Assembly (NCBI GenBank): GCA_001599295.1
Contig: BCGN01000005.1
Coordinates: 186,001-250,000 of the forward strand
DNA length: 64,000 nucleotides
Origin: Sporopachydermia quercuum
Lineage: Eukaryota
Direction of reading: 5' to 3'
In this document: one piece after another, positions 47,571-58,256 of the stretch
Layout: each line of letters begins with the position of its first letter
Position numbering within the stretch: position 1 is the first letter of the stretch
Position numbers and translations under genes: made by a program
The notes under the pieces: model-generated
The model's input: the letters and a program-made list of their open reading frames with translations, nothing else
What the model was told of the DNA's origin: nothing
Databases searched by the model: none

Positions 47571-47611
47571 CTATCTAAATTTCTCAGTATCTACCAAAAC
47601 AATCAGTAAGC

Positions 47612-49186
47612 ATGGATAAGGATGCAGCTAAACTACAAGAAATGGGCTACAAGCCCGAGCTGAAACGACATTTTTCAGTTTGGTCAGTCCTTGCAGTTGG
47701 TTTCGGTCTCACGAATTCTTGGTTTGGTATTAGTGCCTCATTAGTTACTGGTATCTCATCGGGAGGTCCTATGATTATTGTTTATGGTATTATCATTGTT
47801 GCATCTATTTCTACTTGTATTGCTATCACACTTTCCGAATTATGTTCAGCATTCCCCAACTCTGGAGGTCAGTATTATTGGACCACTCAAATTGCTCCTA
47901 GAAAGTATGCTCCGTTTCTTGCTTACTTATGCGGAGCTTTAGCTTGGGTTGGCTCTATTTTCACATCAGCATCTGTTACATTGGCTATTGCTCAAATTGT
48001 AGTTGGATTTTACGCCTTAACGCACCCCGAATTTTCTGCAGATCCATGGATGATCTTTGTTACTTATCAAGCATTAAACATCTTCCTAGTGATATTCAAT
48101 ACTTATGGTAGAATTTTACCTCACATTGCTAAGATGGCTTTATACACATCATTGTTTTCATTTATCACTATCACTATCACCGTTTTAGCATGTTCAAGTG
48201 GTCGTTATCAATCAGCACATTTCGTGTTCGTTCAATTTGATAACAATACTGGCTGGTCCAGTTCAGGTATTGCATTCCTTATTGGTTTAATCAACCCCAA
48301 TTGGTCATTTTCTTGTTTGGATTCGGCTACTCATTTAGCTGAAGAAGTTGCTGAACCTGAAAGGATGATTCCTATTGCTATTTTATCTACTGTGGCTATT
48401 GGATTCGTCACGTCTTTCTGCTATGTCATCTCCATGTTTTTCTCCATCCACAACTTACCAGATATTATGAATTCCAATACTGGTGTTCCTATTTTAGATA
48501 TCTATTATCAAGCACTTGGCAACAAAGCTGGTGCTTTGGTTCTAGGAACATTGTTATTCTTTACTTCATTAGGTTGTAATATTTCTTGTCATACATGGCA
48601 AGCAAGACTCTGCTGGTCATTTGCTAGAGATAACGGTTTACCATGGTCGAAGCAATGGGCTCAAATTGATGCCAGATTAGGTGTTCCTTTGAAAGCTCAT
48701 TTGATGTCATGTACGTGTGTTGCTGCTCTAGGAGCTTTGTATCTTGGTTCGTCTACTGCATTTAACTCATTAGTCACTGGCTGTATTACTTTCTTATTAC
48801 TATCATATGCTGTACCAACTATCTGTATGCTTGTTGTTGGAAGAGATACTATTCCAAGAGGTCCATTCTGGTTGGGCAAGATTGGTTTAATTTCTAACTA
48901 TGTTTTAATTTTCTGGACATTATTTGCCTTNGTTTTCTTCTCATTTCCAGTTACAATGCCTGTCACCAAGGACAATATGAATTATGCCTCCGTTGTTATT
49001 GTTGGATTTATTCTTTATATTGTCGTTTTTTGGTATGCTTATGCTCATAAGACGTTCAAGACATCTGAAAAAGCCCATTTGGTAAACTATGGAGTAGCTG
49101 AAGAAGAAATTATTCGAAATGAAGTAGCTGCTGATGAGTCTTTTGACGAAAAGGCCGCTTCTTCTGAAGAGAAGTCTGTTAATTAA
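47612..49186 (+). CDS. HNM1: Choline/ethanolamine permease (APC/ACT family)
   Basis: GFGLTNSWFGISASLVTGISSGGP, GGQYYW, INPNWSFSCLDSATHLAEE, HTWQARLCWSFARD, MNYASVV. Confidence 0.93.
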   Translation: MDKDAAKLQEMGYKPELKRHFSVWSVLAVGFGLTNSWFGISASLVTGISSGGPMIIVYGIIIVASISTCIAITLSELCSAFPNSGGQYYWTTQIAPRKYAPFLAYLCGALAWVGSIFTSASVTLAIAQIVVGFYALTHPEFSADPWMIFVTYQALNIFLVIFNTYGRILPHIAKMALYTSLFSFITITITVLACSSGRYQSAHFVFVQFDNNTGWSSSGIAFLIGLINPNWSFSCLDSATHLAEEVAEPERMIPIAILSTVAIGFVTSFCYVISMFFSIHNLPDIMNSNTGVPILDIYYQALGNKAGALVLGTLLFFTSLGCNISCHTWQARLCWSFARDNGLPWSKQWAQIDARLGVPLKAHLMSCTCVAALGALYLGSSTAFNSLVTGCITFLLLSYAVPTICMLVVGRDTIPRGPFWLGKIGLISNYVLIFWTLFAXVFFSFPVTMPVTKDNMNYASVVIVGFILYIVVFWYAYAHKTFKTSEKAHLVNYGVAEEEIIRNEVAADESFDEKAASSEEKSVN

Positions 49187-49745
49187 GGATGGGATTAGGG
49201 ATAGAAGTAGCGATAAGGATAGTTTGATACCGTTCATTTCATTCACAATGTAGTAATAAATTAATATAGAACAAAATATAAAATATAGTGTAGGATTGTA
49301 GATGATATATCATATAGAAGAGTTTTAGCTGAATCGCAAATTAGAGGACGAAGAGTATGGATGTACTAATATCGCGAAATGTAATATGTAGTATCACCTA
49401 TGGTCCATCCTACATTATGATGGTAAAAACATAATGAAATTCAACTATTTGACTAAATTATACTTACTGTAATAGTAAGATATTCAGGCAATTTGTACTA
49501 ATACCTCTTTTTCTCCTCTCTAATACTTGTCTCATACTTTCTTCTGCTATCAAGACATTTTATCCTACAAATCTCTCTTAGACGAAACAGATCTTATATA
49601 AATACATTAGGCATTCAATAATGATCATATCATCAAATAATATAAAAGTACTATGCATAACAGAACTCATTTTCTGTCCAACCATATGCTATTATTATGC
49701 ATTTTCTTAACCATCTATTTTGAATTCTTTTTCATACAATTATAT

Positions 49746-52248
49746 TCATTTTTTGAGCAACTTCCTACCTTTGTCCCTTTGATATTCCTTTTCTTTTCCG
49801 TTCAGCTTTTCTTTCTCTTTCTCTTTTTCTTCAAGTCTCATCTTTGCGAGTATTTTACTAGCTCTAACGATTTCTTCTTTATTCTCAACATCATCATCTG
49901 CAAGAGCAGAGGCAACTACTTTCCGAGCTTTCACCAACTTATCTTCGTTATTAGGGACATGGTCACCATAATCAAGAAGATCACCATCTAAATCATCTTC
50001 AAAATCAAGATCTTCATCTTCATAATCACTATAATCGTCGTCATCGTCGTCATCGTCATCTTCTTCGTCCTCATCAACATAATCATGGTCTTCTTCTTCA
50101 TTATAATCCTCATACTCACTCAAAATGCTTCTAGCATCTTTCTCAAACTGTTTGTTATCACTATGCATGACATTGTCTTCTAGTTCAGTATCATCATCAG
50201 TTATATCGCTCAAATCATCAATAGGTAAAACACCTTCTCTCCAGAACATCACATCGTTGAATTTGTTCTCACCGAAATTTCTTCTAGGTGCTCGGCCATT
50301 AATAATATTACCACCATTACCTGCTCCACCTAAAGACATTACAGGAGGGAAAAAATGGTCAACCAATTCACTAATGTGCACATAAGAGCTTTTATATCCA
50401 ACCAATTCCAACAGTTCCATATGAACTTCACCATTAGTATTAATAGTGAAGATACGAGAGCTGGGTATTCCAACGCTTCTGTATGATAAAGCATCAGTTA
50501 TTCGATTGCCGAAACCTGCATAGAATGGAGTTCTATCATCTTCAAGCAGAGAGCTACCTGAAGTACCAGAAATAAACAAGCTTTTGATATCTCGTAGACA
50601 GGCCATTTTAAACACTTCGGGTTTTCTCAATATAACTTCTCTACGTAATGCTGCCATAGTTCGATCTGGTGACAATAAAACAGGCCCATCAGGTAATTTG
50701 ATACCATTTTGTTCAATTCCCTTTAAATAATATCTCGTACTATCAGCTTGACCAACAGATCTTGCAGTTAAATACATGATTTTATAGCCATTTTCCTCAA
50801 TCTCAGTGAACAATTTGGCTACACCTGGATGAGTCCAATCTCTACCTAGCATTGTGAGGACATGTCCTAAGGCGTCAGATTTCGTAATAGTTCCATCAAT
50901 GTCAGAAATAACAACAGGATCATAACAGGACCAGAAAAATATTCTTGATGAGATAGTTGCTTTACCTTTATTAACAGTAAATGACATTTCATTGGCTCCG
51001 GGATGTAAATTCAGTTTTTTCAGCTGCTCAGAAGTGAGTCTAAGAGTCTTAGCATAAGACTTAGAGTCTTCACCATCATAAGGTAAAGATGATTCAGTAT
51101 CAGAAATGGAAACAGAAGGAGCAGACGATGGAATTTGACTTATAGGTGAACCATAGATATCAGATGACAATGAAGATAAGGAAACCTCATCACCAGAAGG
51201 TTCGCTACCAGGGAATACACCTGCATCACCATAAATGCGCAGATTACCATTGTCATCCAGAAAATCATTGATATCTAATTCTGACTTCCCATCAAGTTTA
51301 TGATGAGCTAATTCTTCGGATAGAATTTTTCTAATTGTTTCGTCGCTTTCTGACATTTCTTGTTCATCTGCTTTATAACCGTGCATATCTAACACAATAT
51401 CACCGTTTTCTTCAATTTTGGTTGGAATATTTGACAGTTTGAATCTCTTGGATATTTCTCTTGCTCTTTCCAATAGGTCTTCACGATGAGTTGGTGATTT
51501 TGCAAATCCTTGTGTTGGTGATAATGTTAGCCTTGGTGAGGCATGAATTTCGGGTGGAGTTTGATGAGGTGGTGATAGTGCAGGCATAGTTGCCGCGTGT
51601 ATTGGTTTAGGTGATCTGGTAGAGTTTGGTGAGACTATTGAACTATCATGATCACTTAGATTGTCATCATTAAAGTTATCGCTATCAAGCTTTAAATCTG
51701 GTGGCTCTTGTAGAGGCAATGATTTGCTTGATTTCGGAGAAGATGATAGTGATGGTGAGCTTGAAGCCGAAGAAAGAACTGGTGATGTTAAAAGATCATT
51801 TGGAACATCTCCCTCAGTTTCAAATACAAAGAATGCTTCACCACCATCACCGACTTTCATTGGATAGTAAATTTTTTCACCATTGACATAAAAATCAACC
51901 TATATAAGATGAGTAATGTTAATAACTATATTGTCAATTCAGAAGTTCTGTTGATANGACCATTTCACAAGGAGTTGAGTTATTGGCCCCATCAACAGGA
52001 ACAAACAACACATACCTTTTTCTGAGAAGGACGCAGCAAAGAGAATTTCCCGAATCTAATATGAAAAGGAGAGCATGCAAATTCACCTTCAATAGTTAGT
52101 AAAACTTTCACAACATTGGAATACAACATAATAACATACCGTTTTCTTGCTCAATGACAATGACATCAATTGCACCTGATAAAGTAGCGGGATTGATAGA
52201 ACTCCATGTTTTTGAAACTGAGTCAATGGCTCTACCGAAATACTGCAT
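49746..52248 (-). CDS. PAH1: Lipin phosphatidate phosphatase; introns 52087-52139 and 51900-52015
   Basis: N-LIP MQYFGRA..INPATLSGAIDVIV..CSPFHIRFGKF..MKVGDGGEAFF; HAD motif DIDGT; GFGNRITD; acidic tail. Confidence 0.97.
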
Positions 52249-54334
52249 TTTGACTATTCTAATTTAAATTCAAGAAGGCTCTGTTTTCTGGCAGAATTAA
52301 CAATGGCCGGATTCAAGGTGAAGTGTTGTGGATAAAATGATTTATTGCTACCGTATTATTTTGATGATATCCTATTGAATCGTGGATCAATTTAATAAAT
52401 GATGTAGAAAAGGCTGAATTTGATTTCTGAAGTTAGGCTGCTTAAGCAATCAACTGATTTGTTAAATATTGTATTGCTATATGTGATACAGCTAGCTCCT
52501 CACTAGTTGATTGATCTATTTGCTCTCTTTGCATCAACACTTTTCTGTCTGGTGATTGAAATCAGCAATCGTAGTAGAGATCACGGAAGATGCAAGTTCT
52601 GTAAAACAGGTTGTAATATTCAATACTTGTTTGTTGCTAATAATAATAATACTGTGACTTGCATACGATGTTTGACTGTATGATGAGATGTGAATGCTAC
52701 AGTGATAATCAATCAATAATAAAACAATTAATCTATTCCCTAGCAGTTGAACTGTGATTCCCACGCAAAATATACAGCGCTATTTCACAACAATCAAAAA
52801 CCAACGAACTTTGATTATTCGTCTTATCAACAAAACCTATCCATTCCTCATTACTCAAAGGGTATAGAACTTGGTTGGCTAGAACGACATGATGAGAGGG
52901 ATTTTGAATGGCACCGTAGGAGAGGATTAGAGTTTCACTTTCACTACCACAACACAGAGGCAAAGTGAGAGCTGTGGGATTAAGATTCATGCAGAGACTA
53001 AGATAAAGTTGGTTTGAGCGTATGAATAGGAAGAAGGAAATGGGAAAATTATGCTTGAATTGGTGTCTTTAAAGAGGTTGNTAGATATATGTTGGGTACT
53101 AGAAAATTATTTAAAAAATCAGACTTTGAACGTTTTATCCCAGTTGTGATTGATGCTATTAGGCGACTAGATTCAAGTGAATGTGTTAAGACAAGAGTGT
53201 GATGCATAACAGCTGTATGTTGCTAAAAAGGGTATAACTATACAGTACTTCAAAAACCTTACTCTTGTTTCCCAGCATACAATTTTGATAGATACTGGAC
53301 AGTTATGTTCCAGATGATTGGAAACCGAACTTCGAATTGTAAATGTATGAAATTTTTAATGTGAATGAATGACTATTTGTTCCTTTACTTGTTTCTATGT
53401 CTTAGCCGTCTATCATTCATTGTGTTGGGAAAACATTTTTTTTATGTTGTAGTATTCATGTCATTCAAAGAACGCAGGAAGACAATGTTAGAGTTTAAAC
53501 TGTTTTGCATGAGCGTGAGCTTGCATACAATTGCAAACTTTATTGGAAAGTTCCTACAACACAGCCCTTGAAGGCTTAAGCTTGAACCACGAAAGAGAAA
53601 ACATAAGCAAGCTATATAGGGTATTGACAGAAATACGTTACGTGACTGGTTAACAAAGAACTACTTCTCAGGACTAGTAAGTTCACCAAAACTACCTCCC
53701 AACTACCTCCCAATCCAACATTAGGTCATCATCATCAATCAATTATGCTCACGCTTTTCCGTCAGAACATACTTCTACTTCTTGAATACTCAACCAAATT
53801 CTACTACTCTATCTCAAGACAATCTCACAAAATCGTTATCAATAGAAAAATGCAAACCAACCTTCTTCTATTGTTCCCCGTCATTTCATTTTTTTATTCA
53901 TTTCATTCATCATCATCATTGATTCTTCCAAATGTAGGCTGATAAAACCATACATATTCATGCATTGCTGTGCATTTCCATTTCATGCTTATTTCTTAGA
54001 AATGTATTTGTTCATTTCCTTTCTTTTTCTTCACAATTCACATTCTATCAAATCTAAGTCATAAATACCAGTGTATCTACCGAAAAGCGGATGTAAGAAT
54101 CCGACGATAACAAATTTAGTTTGATTTTTTAATCAGTTTCTGCGTGAGAGACTCAGAAATCATAAACTCGTAATCATCACTCTTTCTTTCACTCATCCAT
54201 CTCATTGGTTCCATCACCTAACCTAATAAACTATAAGCCCTTCGGCATCGCAATTGACAGGAGAATTATACCTGTTTATCCCATACACTACTCACACCAT
54301 TTTCTATAGCTAAAAGCAAACAAGGTATTAAAGA

Positions 54335-54819
54335 ATGGGTATTCTTTCGTTCACCCAGTCCAGCTCATCAACAGATGAGAAGGAAGCATCTAATCATGTA
54401 CCAAGAAGTGAATTAAATAAATTGAACGATTTTGTTGCGGAGAAGCCAAGTGCCATGTATAAGATCGATGGGTAAGTTTGGCTGATGATTTCCTACAGTT
54501 GAGCCAATTGAAATTTAAAACCAGTTTTCGAATTTACTAACTAATTTCTAGAGATCGTGCTCAGATAAAAAGTATAATATGCCGTCAAAATGAAGATGGA
54601 GGTCAAACGTAAGTATTCGGTGTTGTATTTTANCACATTTATGCCTACAAGTACGAGGTTCTATATTACATTCCTTGTGTTATCTTCTAACAGTGAAACA
54701 GTTGCTTAACTCTGGGAATGCCCTCTATCGAACTATTCAAGAAAATGCAACAGAAAGAGTATTTCTGCTCACTGCCTGTTGATGCATCTGCTACTTACTT
54801 TGAATGTCGTAAATACTAA
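54335..54819 (+). CDS. Hypothetical 103-aa four-Cys protein; exons 54335-54471, 54552-54608, 54702-54819
   Basis: Two canonical introns (GTAAGT..TACTAAC..TAG; GTAAGT..TCTAAC..CAG) with matching phases give one ATG-to-TAA frame; absent from the ORF track. Confidence 0.85.
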
Positions 54820-55000
54820 TGCATGACAATAAGTTAGTTCTCTAATGAGCAACTAACTAAATGGAATTATTCATTTTCCTATTGTCTATCAGACTTCAGG
54901 TTCATCTTAAAAAAGCTTTCATGAATTTAATTATGCTGTGAAATTATGCTCAACTTTATGTAACCAGGGATTGCAGTTTTTGAAAGAATATCATTGTTCC

Positions 55001-56333
55001 TCATTGCAAATAATTGATAGCATCTGTTAATCCCTGACTATCTGAAACTTGTATAATGTCACTCTCAGAACCAACAATTTGTTTCAAAAGATTCTTACTG
55101 ACGGTTCCTGGACCTGTAGCAAAATATATTTGACGGTCAGATTGAGCTTTGATGTACTCTACTGACCTATACCAATCAACAGTTTTTACTGTGGTTTGAA
55201 TCATATTATTGGCAATTTCCTGTTTGGTCTGGAAAGGTTTAGCTGTGAGATTGCTCACTATCTCATCACAATGTCTAGGAGGCCAATTGATTGTGATGTT
55301 CTTTTGTTTATAACCAAAACAATCTGTTTCTTGATTATTTATTAAATTCTGTAGATGGACCTTAGTAGGTGTTAAAACATTTGAGTGGAAAGGACAAGAA
55401 ACATTCAATGGTATTTTCTTCCATGGCCTAGATTTGTTCAGCCTCTTAGCTACTTGTTCAATTGCTTCATTTATTAATTCAATTGTGCCAGAAAGAACAA
55501 TCTGCTGACGAGAATTTATATTGGCAATATTGACAACTGGAGTGAATCCATAGGTTGATTTCAATTGTGTAATTATCCCGGGTTCTGATAAACTATCACA
55601 GTACTCTTGAAAGGCTTGTAAAGTGGTATCGAATTCGCTTGGTTGATTCCGTAGTAAGATACTTGTCATTCCAAGGTCAGGGTGCTTTATTGGGTTATTT
55701 GACGTACATTGGCGGATATACTCATTAGAGCTTTTCTGCATAGATAATCCTCTTTGCCGAACTAGCCAAACAGCATCAGAGAATGAGAGTACACCAGCTG
55801 CCATTAAAGCTGTGAATTCACCTAGAGAATGTCCTAGCATATAATCAGATTTGATCTTAATACCTAATTTCTCCCAAATTCTAATTATGGTATATCCCAC
55901 CGTAAGAATAGCCGGTTGAGCATATTCTGTTTGATTAATTAATTCTTTCAATAGGTTGACATCGTTGAATTTAGATGACGAAGCAGGCCTTGTAGCAATA
56001 TTCTCCGTAAGCAGAAAATTAGAAAATCTTGGTCCATTTCCAATTGTGAGTATACTATCTACTTCTTCAAGTACTTCTTTGACAGGTTTAGGAAATTTTT
56101 CATGAAACTCTGCTAGCATATCTAGCTCTTGGACTCCTTGGCCTATGAATATACAAGAGAGGTTAGAATGCTTAAGAAAAGAAAACAGAAACAATCTCAG
56201 TAATCTAAGACGCGGATCACTAGAATCAAAAATTCTTACCAGGAAATGTTAGAACGCTTTTCCATTTCTTATGCGATGTGCTCAATAGTCTTCTCATGGC
56301 AGTTCGGACAGGCGATCTCAATGATAGACTCAT
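55001..56333 (-). CDS. MCT1: Mitochondrial malonyl-CoA:ACP transacylase; intron 56143-56239
   Basis: Presequence MSLSLRSPVRTAMRRLLST, TFPG|GQG junction giving FPGQG, AQPAIL, GHSLGEF, ANINSRQQIVLSG, LNVSCPFH. Confidence 0.93.
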
Positions 56334-57183
56334 CGCTAAACCAGGTAAGATGAGGAGGGAGGTTATGCAATAGTAAAAGTGCTTCAAATCCTAGTTAAAT
56401 AAACTCGATGTAAGATTTCAGCAACATCAGTGGGTCTTTTCTTATACTTGGAGCATGTTACGATGAATGGATTGACTGTAAATAGTATTTTAATTCTGAT
56501 ATGGATTTCCCCACTGTCGCTTTGAGGTCTTTCCAATGAAAATTACCTATGAAGAGGAGGTTTGAAGGAGAAAATGTATGTGAAAAGTTTAGAGTTCGGA
56601 GGTTTTATGCAGGTTTGGGGAAGATCAAACCTTAACTGCAAGAAGAAATAGGCGTTCAGTCTGACTTGATTTGAATCGAATGCATCAAAATATTGTAATA
56701 GAAACATGAATGTATTTGGTTAAGTTGAATTTATTGGAGATACATCCTTTTTGAAGTCTCAGTAAGATGATAACTTAACTACAGCCTTTGAGCCTTGGTT
56801 CGCAATTAAGTTTGTGTATACATGGAGTTACATGAATTTTGCATATTAATGCATTCCTCAGTCTTCGAGAAAATTGGGCGTTTGATGTGTCTCGTTCAAT
56901 GGTGGTCTCTATGAACTTGAAGCAATAGACATGTGATAAGTACAGAAAGGTTTCAGCTGCTTAGCCAAACAGAAATTATTGACGACTTATTGATTTTAAC
57001 AATATATTGAAGTCTGGTATCTGTCGAACCAGTCAGTGGTCTCCATAGGATGAGTGGGTAAGTGAAAACTGAGTAAAGATATTCCTAAATGAATACCAGA
57101 ACACATCTCGATGTGACAAGACAAATATAGAATGTTTATTTTCAGATTTTAGTAGATTAAAGAATACTGCCATTGGTCTTCGT

Positions 57184-57241
57184 TGTTTTTCTTTCGGGAG
57201 TGTTTTTCTTTCGGGAGTGTTTTTCTTTCGGGAGTGTTTTT
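57184..57241. repeat. 17-bp tandem repeat TGTTTTTCTTTCGGGAG, about 3.4 copies
   Basis: Read directly in the MCT1/OSCA divergent intergenic region. Confidence 0.92.
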
Positions 57242-58209
57242 GGAAGTATCGACTCTAGGGCTCCACTTAATTTAAGTTTCTCGTTAAATACCTTTTTAGG
57301 AAGTTGAAATAGAAGTAATCATTACATATGCACAGGAAAAAAAGGTAACTGTGAAAGTAGTGAAATGAGAAATATCGATAAAGAATATGTGAAAAGTAAC
57401 ATGAATTCAGGACTGTCACATATTCATTGATAAAAGTTCATTTTCCAACTTAATAGTGATGATTCCTTATCTTACTGAAACTTCTGTNAAGTTTTTTTTA
57501 AGTTCAAGTACCCTCTTGCAATGTGCTTAGCAATTTGCTGTCGTCTAAGTANTAGACCTCGAATTCGACACTAATGAAAACTCTACGCAGTATTCGAAAT
57601 CAAAATGATACTTCTGTTCACAACAGGTTTGTATTCAAAATATTTGTTTCAATAACCGATTTTTTCAACGAACATATTACCATAATCAACGAAATGCAGC
57701 TGGAGAATGGATAATAAGAGGACACTACTATGGGCTAAGCACGCCGTTGGAATGTCTTTGTCGCAAATACTTTCCTCTCTACTTGACGACAAAATGCCAT
57801 TCATGTAAATGCTATTTGTGAAACCACCATTTAACTACACTGACTTCCTAAATATCTGATTATCAAGAGCTCCAGAATTATACCATCATAATCATCACTT
57901 TTACTCTAGTCATTGACTTACATTTTTTGAATGGTTTCTGGTCCGTATTAAAGTTTCATGCCAGCTTGAAAGTCTAGACTTAACTCATTTTGCAAATGCC
58001 TTCGTTCACTGTCCTTCGATTTCTTTCCTGTGAATAATTAAAAGTGTCAAGTAGTTAGAATATTCTATTTTTACCTATTCTAACCAATTAAAGTAAGTAT
58101 ATCTCCTGGTTTGCAATAAGTACATTCAAGAAGCATCACCCTTCATCACTGNCTGGTTCCTCATGTCTAATAACATCATCGAACATTTTTAAATTAACCT
58201 TATTCTAAG

Positions 58210-58256
58210 TTTCACATGGAGCCGTTACGTCACATCAATCATATCTCTTTCACATG
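58210..58256. promoter_or_regulatory. Two ICRE-like TTTCACATG sites flanking a CRE (TTACGTCA)
   Basis: TTTCACATG at 58210 and 58248, TTACGTCA at 58225; STRE AGGGG at 58770. Confidence 0.4.

Noticed and set aside
42137..53713. Two-copy 11-12 bp duplications at 42137 and 53690
   Set aside because: Ordinary slippage duplications
17050..57241. Short tandem arrays as CRISPR-like loci
   Set aside because: No spacers, no cas genes, eukaryotic context
57050..57257. ATG AGT GG|GTAAGT as a possible hidden first exon
   Set aside because: No branch point; candidate acceptors give a stop or run into the 17-bp repeat
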